This document shows, one piece after another, positions 54,571-64,000 of a stretch of DNA of 64,000 nucleotides. The notes beneath the pieces are model-generated. The model was not told the DNA's origin, searched no databases, and saw nothing but the letters and a program-made list of their open reading frames with translations. The stretch is taken from sequence record PP968062.1; one strand, written 5' to 3'. Position 1 is the first letter of the stretch. Every line of letters begins with the position of its first letter. The position numbers and the translations under genes were made by a program.

Positions 54571-54590
54571 AGCTGCCCCTAAGGGCAGCT
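54571..54590 (-). terminator. Hairpin terminator
   Basis: AGCTGCCC-CTAA-GGGCAGCT. Confidence 0.8.
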
Positions 54591-54592
54591 AT

Positions 54593-55213
54593 CTATACTT
54601 CAACCAGAATTGGTCGCCAACCCGAGTTAAGGTTAGCTACACTTTTAGTCGAAATGCCGATGTCGGTAATACCGTTTTGGTAACCACGGCGAATACAGTA
54701 AGTAGAACCCGATGCCAAAGACGATTCCTGACAATAATTCGAGCGGCCTTGTGTATCAATGGTTTCATCGATACCCAGATCAGCCTTACTTAAGTTAGCC
54801 TGGATAGTACCGGTAAATCCAGCAGGGCGACTAGCAGCAATGGGGTACATGAATGTGTTCCATTCCCCACCAGGTGTATCTCCAGGGTTAGTGGTTGCAC
54901 CTGTCATCAAGCGCACCGTAAACGCTCTATCACCTACTGGAATATTCTTACCCGTAACCAGACTAAGTCGATTGAGTTCATCCCAGGTAAAGGAAGTACG
55001 AATAGCTTTCTGAGGTATGTAGTATTCTTTACCGTTAAGTTTAAACATCAACCATTGTGCATTTGTATTGATCGCTGTACCCATACCCAGTTGAGTAAGG
55101 GCCGCCACGTTGGCGAATGTGATGAAATTCGCTTGGGAGACCATACCAACATAAAGAGGTTCCCCAGGTAACAGAGTCTTTCGACTTCCCGTAGATAACA
55201 GTATTTCCAACAT
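54593..55213 (-). CDS. Putative virion accessory protein of a phiKZ-like paralogue family
   Basis: 206 aa; YIPQKAIR...TW, FTVRLMTG, GEWN..MYP, YCQE, RRG, GWRPILVEV match the recurrent family pattern (recall). Confidence 0.7.
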   Translation of the reverse strand: MLEILLSTGSRKTLLPGEPLYVGMVSQANFITFANVAALTQLGMGTAINTNAQWLMFKLNGKEYYIPQKAIRTSFTWDELNRLSLVTGKNIPVGDRAFTVRLMTGATTNPGDTPGGEWNTFMYPIAASRPAGFTGTIQANLSKADLGIDETIDTQGRSNYCQESSLASGSTYCIRRGYQNGITDIGISTKSVANLNSGWRPILVEV

Positions 55214-55234
55214 AGGTCACCTAATAAACATAAA

Positions 55235-55252
55235 GCCGCCCTCAAGAGCGGC
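55235..55252 (-). terminator. Hairpin after the sheath-tube operon
   Basis: GCCGC-CCTCAAGA-GCGGC, flanked by CATAAA and TATG. Confidence 0.6.
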
Positions 55253-55258
55253 CGTATG

Positions 55259-55471
55259 TTAAGCGTACTGTGCATTCGCCTCTACGGGCAAACCACGAGC
55301 GACGTTATCTGCATCGGTAGCCACAGATGCGGCTACACGATTCATGCGATGCCAAAGACCATTGTCTTCAGCAGCCACATCCGCAGATATCAGATCGTTG
55401 TACTTCTCAACGGAACCCCCTTGGGCGGGAGCCTGCATCGAAGCATCGTCCAGCTTCAGGGGATTAGCCAT
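55259..55471 (-). CDS. Small acidic protein coupled to the tail tube gene
   Basis: 70 aa; its ATG overlaps the tube stop (TAATG). Confidence 0.7.
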   Translation of the reverse strand: MANPLKLDDASMQAPAQGGSVEKYNDLISADVAAEDNGLWHRMNRVAASVATDADNVARGLPVEANAQYA

Positions 55472-56346
55472 TAGTCAGCACCATCGTAGGTTACACGGTT
55501 AACAGCGGATTTTTCCAGCTGATCACGCAGACCGATGTTCGCCGCCCGAACGTCAGCGGAGATGGATTCGATCCAGCCGCGTTGTTCGTTCGGGTTCATG
55601 CCTTTAATGTTCAGCGTACGGAACAGTTGACGAGCGTACATGGTCACACCTTCAGATACGTCAGTCATCGCAGAGAACTCGATCGAGAGATCAAGGTTCT
55701 GACCGATCTGAGCAGCATCCTTACGGCTTTCCCATTGGCCAGTCGACAGCGGGAACATGTTAGTGCACAGGTATGCACTCACCACGTCCTGGAAAGTCGG
55801 GTCCGGCTCGATGAACAGGATAGTAGCACCGTAGAAGGTAGCATCGTATTTCTCCGGCGGAACGTTACCTTCAGCAACGATACGCGGGATCTTGGTGTTC
55901 TCGTCACCGATACCATAGGTGATCCACCACTTCAGGTAGCGCTGAATAGCACGACCTTGCAGTTCCCAGCAACCCAGCGACGGAGTCGAACGAGCACGGG
56001 TAACGTTGGTAGCAGCTTGAATAGCTTCACCTGAACCACCCCACGGTGCTTCAGCGGTATCAACAGTAACAGTCTGCTGTAGGCCATCGATAGTACGAAC
56101 ATGGTTCTCTACCAGGGCTTTCAGCGAACGAACCAGTTGACGGCTGTTGCTAGCGTATTGGAAGAAGCGGGGAGCTTCCAGAAGGAACGGGACGAGGTTC
56201 CGGCTAACGTAAGGAGTGTTGCTCGCAAGGTTAGCCAGATCAGGACGGAAGACATCCGTACCAGCCTGAGCCAGGTTGATGGTGTTCTTGGAACCACCTG
56301 CACCGTAGCCGGACTGAGGAGCCATCGGGTCATTATAACGTTTCAT
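55471..56346 (-). CDS. Tail tube protein (phiKZ gp30-like)
   Basis: 291 aa directly downstream of the sheath gene; highly biased codons; AYLCTNMFP...LSIEF tube-like pattern. Confidence 0.85.
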   Translation of the reverse strand: MKRYNDPMAPQSGYGAGGSKNTINLAQAGTDVFRPDLANLASNTPYVSRNLVPFLLEAPRFFQYASNSRQLVRSLKALVENHVRTIDGLQQTVTVDTAEAPWGGSGEAIQAATNVTRARSTPSLGCWELQGRAIQRYLKWWITYGIGDENTKIPRIVAEGNVPPEKYDATFYGATILFIEPDPTFQDVVSAYLCTNMFPLSTGQWESRKDAAQIGQNLDLSIEFSAMTDVSEGVTMYARQLFRTLNIKGMNPNEQRGWIESISADVRAANIGLRDQLEKSAVNRVTYDGAD

Positions 56347-56378
56347 TTCGATTCCTCAAAAATGAGTAGTTACCGAGC

Positions 56379-58472
56379 TTATTGCTGCTCGGTAACGTTC
56401 TCGCGGCGAACGGTTTCCAGTTGGAAGTTCAGCGTGGTGCGCGGGTTGTTAGCCGCAACAGTCACGGTGCAAGTCCAGCTAGTGCCATTGTTCTCATCGA
56501 TACCAGTGATCTCGGTACGCGGGATTACGTCAACACGACCACCGAACAGGTCACGAGTACGATCAAGGATCTCTTGGTCGCAACGTTCAACAAGCTGCTC
56601 TTTAGTCAGGAAGGCGTTACCCGAGAACTTAGCATGGATCTTGTGGATCAGGCGCATGATAACGCAGCAGATGTTCACAGTGATCGGGCTAAGCAGAACC
56701 GAGGTGTCGTCCTGGTATACAGAACGCAGGCACGGGTAGTAGTTCGAACGATGGTCGTACGAAGTGGAATAGGTCGCACCGTTAGCCCACAGGTTAGCCG
56801 AAGTCCGTGCGTTGAAGAACGGTACGTTCAGTTTCTTAACCATGGTTACACGGTTGTTTGGATCTACGTCCATCTCTGCGCCCGGCCGCAGGATGCCGGT
56901 ACCGGCGCCAGCGTAGCGAGCCCACATCATGGCAACGTCTAGCAGTTGCGGTACAAACTTGTTGTAACCACCACCTACCAGCTTACCAGATTGCATTACG
57001 ATCATGGCACGGCAAACAGGAGTACCGTACAGGGTTGCTTCCGGGAAAGCCTTCAGACGAGTCATCAGAGCTTGTACACGGGATACTTCTTCAGAAGCCG
57101 TAGGCATCCGAGTTTCACCTTCTACGAAAGTGGTGAAGAAGTATTGTACGTCGCGGCGAGCTGCTAGTACTTGCATTGCCTTGTACTTCGATGCCATCGG
57201 AAGACCGGTATCGTACAGAACGCCGAACTGATACAGTGCAACGTTTTCGTACTGGTCACCCAGCTTACCGAAGTTGGTGTTTTCAATATCTACCAGCTTG
57301 ACGTATTCATTCAGGTCGGTAGTACCATCTTTACCACCTTGGGCATAGACAGTAGCATTCTTACCGAGCAATACGCCACCTTCGATCGGACCTTCCAGTT
57401 TGATGGATTGGTACGGATCACCGTCTTCGCCGAGCATAGTCAGGAAGTCGATTTGACCAGGATCGGTAACGGTAGCAGCGATAGCCGGGTTTACACGGTT
57501 CTCGGCATCGAAGATGATTTCGCGAACAAGTTCAACGTTATCACGGTAAACGAAGCACTGGGAGAACGGGCTATAAAGCGGGGACATACCCGACTCAATA
57601 CCGTCGTCATTGTACTGGTCGATCAGAACTTCGTCGATAGTCAGATCACGGTCATACTGCTCGGACCAAACGCCTTCGTCGAACGATACGTTAACGTAGT
57701 CTTCGTCGGTCTTAGTCTTAATGATGATCGGAGTGCTGGTACCATCCATGAGTTCAACGAACTGCATGCGATACAGACGAGTCTTGAAGCGTTGGCCAGT
57801 GAATTCATCGTAGCCATCCGGATCCAGTTGGGTCGGAGCCCAAATGCGCATACCCAGGTTGTTACCCGGTTGACCGAAGAACGAAGCAGGAAGTTCGAAC
57901 AGCGGATATACGGTGGATTGGCTACCGTCCATACCCGAAACCATAGTACCCGGCAGAACACGTTGAGTGCCAACCTCAGATTGGTTATCAGGGATCAGAA
58001 CGATACGAGCGCGATAACCTTCGACAGTGTCGGTACCCGAAGCAATCGGACCATTACCTACGTCAGTTACAGCGTCAGGATAGTTAAAGCCACTGAGACG
58101 AGTAACAGAAGCCGGGATCATATCTTGCACCATTTCCAGGGCAACGATGATACGAGCGGAGTTACCAGCGTCTTCAGGTTTTAGGCGCTTAACGTAGAAA
58201 CCGTTACCTTGTCCCAGCAGGTTCAGAGCCAGCAGAGATTGCTGGTTGAAATACTTGCTACGGGGATCAAGAGAGTTTTGACCAAAGATCGAAGCAAAGC
58301 CGTCTTCGGAGTCACCTACATAAGTGGTTTCAGTTGGGCCAGTCTCGGTGAAGAGACGAAGCAGAGGAGTGTGTTGGGCGAAAGTAATCTCGGGACGAAT
58401 GAACGCCCGACGGCTACGATCTCGAATCCCGTTAAACACAACCTTAGGAACAGCGTTGTAGTACGTGGACAT
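56379..58472 (-). CDS. Contractile tail sheath protein (phiKZ gp29-like)
   Basis: 697 aa; [15 protein letters not shown] start, LYDTG, sheath-like C-terminal domain (RSVY.DDTSVL...WTCTVTV); synteny. Confidence 0.88.
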   Translation of the reverse strand: MSTYYNAVPKVVFNGIRDRSRRAFIRPEITFAQHTPLLRLFTETGPTETTYVGDSEDGFASIFGQNSLDPRSKYFNQQSLLALNLLGQGNGFYVKRLKPEDAGNSARIIVALEMVQDMIPASVTRLSGFNYPDAVTDVGNGPIASGTDTVEGYRARIVLIPDNQSEVGTQRVLPGTMVSGMDGSQSTVYPLFELPASFFGQPGNNLGMRIWAPTQLDPDGYDEFTGQRFKTRLYRMQFVELMDGTSTPIIIKTKTDEDYVNVSFDEGVWSEQYDRDLTIDEVLIDQYNDDGIESGMSPLYSPFSQCFVYRDNVELVREIIFDAENRVNPAIAATVTDPGQIDFLTMLGEDGDPYQSIKLEGPIEGGVLLGKNATVYAQGGKDGTTDLNEYVKLVDIENTNFGKLGDQYENVALYQFGVLYDTGLPMASKYKAMQVLAARRDVQYFFTTFVEGETRMPTASEEVSRVQALMTRLKAFPEATLYGTPVCRAMIVMQSGKLVGGGYNKFVPQLLDVAMMWARYAGAGTGILRPGAEMDVDPNNRVTMVKKLNVPFFNARTSANLWANGATYSTSYDHRSNYYPCLRSVYQDDTSVLLSPITVNICCVIMRLIHKIHAKFSGNAFLTKEQLVERCDQEILDRTRDLFGGRVDVIPRTEITGIDENNGTSWTCTVTVAANNPRTTLNFQLETVRRENVTEQQ

Positions 58473-58521
58473 CTTTATGTTTCTCCCAGATGTGGAGCTT
58501 TAAACTCGATGTTATGAGTGT

Positions 58522-58570
58522 TAACTAACAGTCAATCATAAATATTGTTCATAGTTGACTGTGCTAGTTA
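58522..58570. promoter_or_regulatory. Inverted repeat in the divergent late promoter region
   Basis: TAACTA-ACAGTCAA-N19-TTGACTGT-GC-TAGTTA; the spacer holds two minus-strand TATG motifs. Confidence 0.5.
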
Positions 58571-58603
58571 TTTTTCCCTACCCATGAAAGGAGTAAAACG
58601 GTA

Positions 58604-59539
58604 ATGTTTTCGCTACCGTATCAAACAACAGTCTGTGGGATCTACCCTAAATACCAACAGGTGATCGCAGCAGCCCGTCGGGCAGAAATCGATATGCCGT
58701 TCCCCCAAGTAGAAACACCTGGTGGGAACATTCTGATGAACTCTGCGTTCGTAACTCCCCGTGAAGAACACGAGAACGTTCCGAACTTCACTCAGATTAT
58801 CAATGTAGGCGAACCTAATAAACCACGGCTTCTTGTAGATAGCCGCCAATACATGAAGTTCGATCAGCGCTCGAATCAGTATTCTCTGATCGCGCAGAAC
58901 GATTGGCAGTTCCAATGTGTTCGTCTAGCTTTGAATAACCGCCTACTTTCTGGCGATGAAGCTTTCTTCAACCGCCTATCGGACCTACCCGCTAAAGTGT
59001 TCCATCGATGGGTTAGCGGAGTATTGATTACTCGCTACAATCTGCCGATTGAATCGCAGATGGCACTCTTCGTTATTACTGCCTACTACTACTACGCAAT
59101 GACCACTCCTGAACTTCGTCAGCCTGGTCAAGCACGCGAGCAGTTTGCATCGATCATTTCTCGGACCACTTCTGTGCCCCCGGACTTTGTACTCGATGTA
59201 GCAGCAACGATGGGTAAACTGGAGAATGCCTCCGACCTCATTCACGAGATGTCGGTTAACTCCCGTCAACAGCGCACCGGTGAACTGAAGTTTGGTGACC
59301 TGTTTGCACTGATCTCTACTTCTTGGTTCGGTGTTAACTCCCGTGAAAACGTGGGTGTAGCACTCGAACATCTACCGACTTTCATTGCTATGCTTTACAT
59401 GGCAATTGCAGAACGCTCATACCGTAAAACAGTAATCACCCAACGAGCAGAATCTCTTGGTCGTGGTAACGAACTGAAGGTCTTCACTGACCTCGTATTT
59501 AAAGCGGTATCCGAGCAATTCACACGTCAGTATCAGTAA
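58604..59539 (+). CDS. Virion structural protein (phiKZ gp28-like)
   Basis: 311 aa, AGGAG RBS, divergent from the sheath gene; synteny. Confidence 0.7.
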   Translation: MFSLPYQTTVCGIYPKYQQVIAAARRAEIDMPFPQVETPGGNILMNSAFVTPREEHENVPNFTQIINVGEPNKPRLLVDSRQYMKFDQRSNQYSLIAQNDWQFQCVRLALNNRLLSGDEAFFNRLSDLPAKVFHRWVSGVLITRYNLPIESQMALFVITAYYYYAMTTPELRQPGQAREQFASIISRTTSVPPDFVLDVAATMGKLENASDLIHEMSVNSRQQRTGELKFGDLFALISTSWFGVNSRENVGVALEHLPTFIAMLYMAIAERSYRKTVITQRAESLGRGNELKVFTDLVFKAVSEQFTRQYQ

Positions 59540-59549
59540 TGGGTGACTA

Positions 59550-62246
59550 ATGAACGACTATCTATTGCGCTACGCAATTGAGAACGTTTGGTGTAACCCC
59601 ACTCAGGATCGACAGTTCGTTTATAAGCTTCGTCAACTTACCCCGCGCTACGGTGTGCGGGGGAGTTACGTAGTTGAACATGAACGCTATAAACTTCCCC
59701 AAGTCTCCACTCGCGACTTCTGGCATGTCTATCAGATCGGCCAAGTTATTCCCCGACACCTTGGTGTACCCAAGCTGTTGAATAATTGGATTAGTCTCGA
59801 ACAACTGGGTAAAGAGGTTCATACCCTCGCAGAAGTTTATGTCAGTAACGGTATTCAGTTCCCTCGGTCTGAAACCTACGTCCTGGTTACTCAAACGCAA
59901 AACCTGCTTGTAGCAATCCGTCGCAATGATCGGTTCCCCGATCTGGATGAACCAGAGAATAACCCATACCTGCACGTCTACCATAACGCTTACTTCAACT
60001 CTAAGCGTAGTGATGTGGCTGCAAAGCGTTACATTGATGTCCTGACTATTACCCCCAGTTCTAACGAAGAACTCCGTCAGTTCCAGATTAAGATCATGGA
60101 CCTGGTTGCACTGAAAGGTGGTTTCCCGCAATACTTCGTTAATGGTCGGTTTGTTCAAGAGATCTCTCTCGTAACTGCTGGTCCTGGTGACTACTGTGAG
60201 TTCATTCTTGACCCCACTATCAAACGTGTGGTTGATCTTGATCTGCGTAACCTCAAAACTTTCAATTCAACTCTTGACAAAGAGCGTAAATATATCCTTC
60301 ACTACGACGACAAGACTGTCAATCAGATTGAGTTCTATGATGACCTTGATGTCTATCTGTGTAAGCGTGGTACCCAAGCTGGTCGCTTCAGTGGTGTGAT
60401 GTATCATCACAATGAAGGTAACTGGCTGCGGATGTTAACCCATAAAGACTACTCTGCTCCCGTAGATCGGATTCAGTCCTTTATCACTAATCATCCAGAA
60501 GATCCGCGTCATGCGAGTGATCCTACTCGTTGGCCTTCTGATCTGTGGACTGGTATCAACGATAAGTTTCTTCGTTTGTATATTCGTCACTCTGGTTATG
60601 AACGTCCTCTAGTTGCAGATGTAGGTCGTATCCAAGAACTGTATCGACTGAGCTCTGCTAACATCCTCCGTGCAATGACTGGTGCTGATGCTACCTGTCC
60701 ACTATGGCGGGCTGAGAATCTTGAGAAGTCTGCATACGTACAGTTCATGTCCGCTGATCCGAATGTGATCTATCCGATCGCTTTCCAAGATCCCGACGAA
60801 ACCTCTCAAGGTAAGATCGATGCACAGAACTTTGCAGGTGATGTTTTCGGTTACCACAAAGCTGCTGATATCCAAGCGCATAACCCAACTAAGGTCCACA
60901 CGGATCAAGGAACGGTTTACGCTAAACTCCCGTACAACTACTGGGAGAATGCCACCATCTTCGAATATGATGCCAAAGGTATCCTGCTCGGTTATTACCA
61001 CCACGTTGCTGGTCGACGCTGGCGTGTAATGAACCAAGTTGAATGTAAGATGGTTGAGTGCATCACAGGTAAAGGTGATACAAACCTCCACGGTATTTAT
61101 GGTAACGGTACAGTTGACCTTTCCGAAGGTTATAACTTCCGTCTATATGCCTGTAAGGTTTGGGCCGGTGTTCCGACTAACGAGTGGATTGACATCACTG
61201 ATCTGCCAAACCGAAATGACTGGGGCTTCCACGATACAACAGATCTGAAACACCCGAAATGGACTTGGACTGCTAAGCCGAACGAGTGGTATGGTTACGT
61301 CCGTATGGACAACTATTTCTACTTGAAGGAAATGCGGTTCACCAAAGACCAAGGCATTATCCGATTCGGTATCGATAACTGGGAAGAGCACAGCGGTGAG
61401 CTTGTCAATAAGCTCATGGAAATCCCGTTTGGTCAACTTGATATCTTCTTGAACAATCGTCCGATCATCAGTGGTTTGGATTATTTCGATAAGGGTATCA
61501 TGACAGTACTGAACAACCACGAATATCTAGTGGACGGTGTTAACACTGTTCTGGTCCGTGGTACGGGTTATTGTACTGCTGATCTCCAGCGTTATCAACC
61601 GAGTGAAGTAGGTTGGGTAGAATACAACGTTCTATCTAACAACGGGATCTACGATATCCATACGCACAAGATGCAACGGATCATTGTTGATGGTCACTAT
61701 CGTGCCCGTGAAGATCTGGTATTCGAGGAAGATAACAATTCCCTAGTCATCAAAGATGAAAGGAACGGTGCTCCCTTCCAGATCCAAACTCCGCAATCCA
61801 CTTTCCGTGATGTATACGACACTGATCATAAAGCACGAGTTGCAGATGACGAACGAGACAAACAAGTCTCTGACTACATGACTGCGTATTTCCCGAAAAG
61901 GACTCGTACTAAGGTTGACTCGATTCCCCGTCGTTATGTAGTTTACTCTTCGTTCTCGACGAAGATACTGCATGATATCGTTAAGGGAACACTGAAGCCT
62001 CCGTTGGTCAATGGTCGTTACAGCGAGATGGATATTGCTCGTGTAATGGCGCCCTATGAGTGGTTGGTTCCGTTTGATATTCTAAACACCGACTACAACA
62101 CCAACCATGTGGTAGTTTATCCACATTGGCACAAAGATCCGATTGGACTTGATACTGATCAATACGAGTTTTATAAACGTGTTCTGAAGATGTATCTGCA
62201 ACGTCCTATGGACATCGCGCCATTCGTATACCTAACGAGGACTTAA
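59550..62246 (+). CDS. Large virion (baseplate/tail) protein (phiKZ gp27-like)
   Basis: 898 aa; [18 protein letters not shown] start; size and synteny. Confidence 0.75.
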   Translation: MNDYLLRYAIENVWCNPTQDRQFVYKLRQLTPRYGVRGSYVVEHERYKLPQVSTRDFWHVYQIGQVIPRHLGVPKLLNNWISLEQLGKEVHTLAEVYVSNGIQFPRSETYVLVTQTQNLLVAIRRNDRFPDLDEPENNPYLHVYHNAYFNSKRSDVAAKRYIDVLTITPSSNEELRQFQIKIMDLVALKGGFPQYFVNGRFVQEISLVTAGPGDYCEFILDPTIKRVVDLDLRNLKTFNSTLDKERKYILHYDDKTVNQIEFYDDLDVYLCKRGTQAGRFSGVMYHHNEGNWLRMLTHKDYSAPVDRIQSFITNHPEDPRHASDPTRWPSDLWTGINDKFLRLYIRHSGYERPLVADVGRIQELYRLSSANILRAMTGADATCPLWRAENLEKSAYVQFMSADPNVIYPIAFQDPDETSQGKIDAQNFAGDVFGYHKAADIQAHNPTKVHTDQGTVYAKLPYNYWENATIFEYDAKGILLGYYHHVAGRRWRVMNQVECKMVECITGKGDTNLHGIYGNGTVDLSEGYNFRLYACKVWAGVPTNEWIDITDLPNRNDWGFHDTTDLKHPKWTWTAKPNEWYGYVRMDNYFYLKEMRFTKDQGIIRFGIDNWEEHSGELVNKLMEIPFGQLDIFLNNRPIISGLDYFDKGIMTVLNNHEYLVDGVNTVLVRGTGYCTADLQRYQPSEVGWVEYNVLSNNGIYDIHTHKMQRIIVDGHYRAREDLVFEEDNNSLVIKDERNGAPFQIQTPQSTFRDVYDTDHKARVADDERDKQVSDYMTAYFPKRTRTKVDSIPRRYVVYSSFSTKILHDIVKGTLKPPLVNGRYSEMDIARVMAPYEWLVPFDILNTDYNTNHVVVYPHWHKDPIGLDTDQYEFYKRVLKMYLQRPMDIAPFVYLTRT

Positions 62247-62247
62247 C

Positions 62248-63912
62248 ATGCTTCCTGTACCTTACGGGAATTCCGACTACCTCGACCCTAATCGGGGTTG
62301 GTGGGTTTGGAATCGCAAAGATATCGTCCAGAAACCTGGGCAAGTAAATAAGTGGGTCCCCAATATCGGGGACCTCGTTTGGGACCGCGAGAATGGTTGG
62401 TTCACGGTTGAGGATGTCGAAGAGGGTACACACGTACCGACTCTGAAAGAATGGTATCCGCCAACTAAGGTCGACCCTGACGGTGAAGAGAACGTACTGG
62501 TTGGCGTAGGTCCCGGCTATAGCTCCGAAAGCTATCGTTTGTTCCTAGATACCAGTGTTATTCCTCACACCCTCGCTCCTGATAAGCGGCTGCACTTCTA
62601 CGGTTCGATGGTCTCCAGTTACAAAGTCTTCCTGGGTAGTGATATCTCGGAAGAGTTCGGTAAGATCATTTCTGCTTTCTATACCCCGTCTGGTGATTAC
62701 ACTGGTCCACTTATACCCGTTGAGACGGTACCGGTCCCTGGTGGCTCTCAGAACGTCATTAAAGCGCCTATGGTTGGTTTCACAGCCGAGGAGATGGATG
62801 ACGGTCAGCGTTGCACCTTGGTGGCCTACGACGACCTGGGTGGGGTTGTATCGGTAGCTCAGCTTCTGGTACAGAACACGAAAGCAATCCGTCAGTCCGA
62901 TGCATCCAAGAAATACATCGCCGGTATTGAGATCGACAGTCCGTTCCTGTCTGCTGCTGATCCGAAGGTTATTGAATTCCCGCTTAACGTTAACGTTGAG
63001 TCTCTCCCGATGGTTGGTGTTATCAACTACCGTGGTGGTTCTCGTGTACGTCGCGGTATTGATAACTCCACAATGTTCCTGTTCGGTATGGAGAACTACA
63101 TCGCAACTGAAATCGGTCAAGAGTTCCCGTTGACTCTGGCTTATCAGTTAGCTGACGATGAAATCTCCTATGCCCTGACTCCGACTGCAAACCGTCGGAT
63201 CACTGAGAACTACATTGCTCGGACTACTGCTGCTGATGGTGCTTACGAATGTCGTCTGTTCGTATACCCGGTATGGCAAAACGTTACTGCTGGCTATCGT
63301 TTGGAGTTCTGGCTCTACAACCTGGATCGTCAACGTTTCTACAACGTTACTTCCCTGGTCGAATTGGGTGTTAACTCTGCTCCGTTCAACCCGAAAGGTT
63401 ACGGTAACCTTCAGACGCTGACTTACGCTGTTAACCTGAATAAGGTTGATGGTCGTTTCGCTCCGCATCGTTTCGTTACTACATTCCAAGTTGCCCTGTT
63501 GACCTCCGGTGAGAACCGTGACGCTAACTGGGAAATCTACACTCGTCCTGATGTAGAAGCTGCTTATGGTCGTGGCCTGAAAGCAGACCTGGAATACATC
63601 CAAACTAACGCTTGGGATCTGCGCCTGCAAAATGGTGCTAACACCAAGGAAGCTTGGCTACGGAAAATGTACGAAGCTGCTGAGCCTCTGATTAACCCGA
63701 ACTCTGAAGTCGTTGCTCCGACTCCGACCCACTTCGTTCTACATTTCCTGCACAACAAGTACGAGTTCAGTGTTGAACAGTGGAAAGATAAGCTGCGTGT
63801 TAACAACGATCTGCAAGATGGTGAGCTTCTCTACATCCAATGGATTCGTCGTGAATACGACACTGATCTTCAGTTGGCAATGACCGGTATTCCGATTCTG
63901 AAACGCGGTTAA
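62248..63912 (+). CDS. Virion structural protein (phiKZ gp26-like)
   Basis: 554 aa, follows the gp27-like gene with a 1 bp gap; synteny. Confidence 0.72.
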   Translation: MLPVPYGNSDYLDPNRGWWVWNRKDIVQKPGQVNKWVPNIGDLVWDRENGWFTVEDVEEGTHVPTLKEWYPPTKVDPDGEENVLVGVGPGYSSESYRLFLDTSVIPHTLAPDKRLHFYGSMVSSYKVFLGSDISEEFGKIISAFYTPSGDYTGPLIPVETVPVPGGSQNVIKAPMVGFTAEEMDDGQRCTLVAYDDLGGVVSVAQLLVQNTKAIRQSDASKKYIAGIEIDSPFLSAADPKVIEFPLNVNVESLPMVGVINYRGGSRVRRGIDNSTMFLFGMENYIATEIGQEFPLTLAYQLADDEISYALTPTANRRITENYIARTTAADGAYECRLFVYPVWQNVTAGYRLEFWLYNLDRQRFYNVTSLVELGVNSAPFNPKGYGNLQTLTYAVNLNKVDGRFAPHRFVTTFQVALLTSGENRDANWEIYTRPDVEAAYGRGLKADLEYIQTNAWDLRLQNGANTKEAWLRKMYEAAEPLINPNSEVVAPTPTHFVLHFLHNKYEFSVEQWKDKLRVNNDLQDGELLYIQWIRREYDTDLQLAMTGIPILKRG

Positions 63913-63920
63913 AGACATAC

Positions 63921-63942
63921 GGCCTTCCCTCCGGGGAAGGCT
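63921..63942 (+). terminator. Hairpin terminator
   Basis: GGCCTTCCC-TCCG-GGGAAGGCT followed by TTATG. Confidence 0.75.
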
Positions 63943-63965
63943 TTATGCTGTAAAATATACCCTAA

Positions 63966-63996
63966 AGGTATGAACACTTTGTTTCTTTAAGGAAAC
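63966..63996 (+). promoter_or_regulatory. Probable late promoter motif and RBS for the next gene (terminase expected by synteny, outside the window)
   Basis: TATG at 63969-63972; AAGGAAA at 63989-63995. Confidence 0.4.
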
Positions 63997-64000
63997 GGTC

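Noticed and set aside
4970-63950. CRISPR array or insertion-sequence ends among the repeated hairpins
   Set aside because: Copies are dispersed singly at gene boundaries with no regular spacers. No cas gene, transposase, integrase or reverse transcriptase is recognisable in the window.

Overview
A 64 kb segment of a nucleus-forming jumbo phage genome (phiKZ-like, Chimalliviridae). The chimallin and PhuZ sequences closely resemble what I recall of 201phi2-1, so a Pseudomonas host is inferred. Left to right: a virion RNA polymerase beta-prime subunit cut by the left edge (absent from the ORF track, translated by hand); a candidate tail/baseplate assembly pair that may be joined by a -1 frameshift; six small membrane proteins; an SF2 helicase; the non-virion RNAP and nucleus block (gp74-like, gp71-73-like, gp70-like, PicA/Imp1, gp68-like, ChmC, SbcD nuclease, gp55-like with NADFDGD, chimallin); a family B DNA polymerase; accessory early genes with PhuZ tubulin and a GNAT; then tail tube, tail sheath and three large virion genes. 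phiKZ gene numbers are assigned from motifs plus recalled synteny, not from a search. Early TATATTAC-type promoters (all on the minus strand) and about 20 UUCG hairpins are dispersed through the window. The best candidate for something undescribed is a roughly 330-nt multi-domain structured RNA between chimallin and the nvRNAP beta-prime gene. Other leads: a second structured element upstream of chimallin, the putative -1 frameshift, an origin-like AT-rich island, and repeated terminator-plus-promoter cassettes around accessory genes. All RNA structures were paired by eye.
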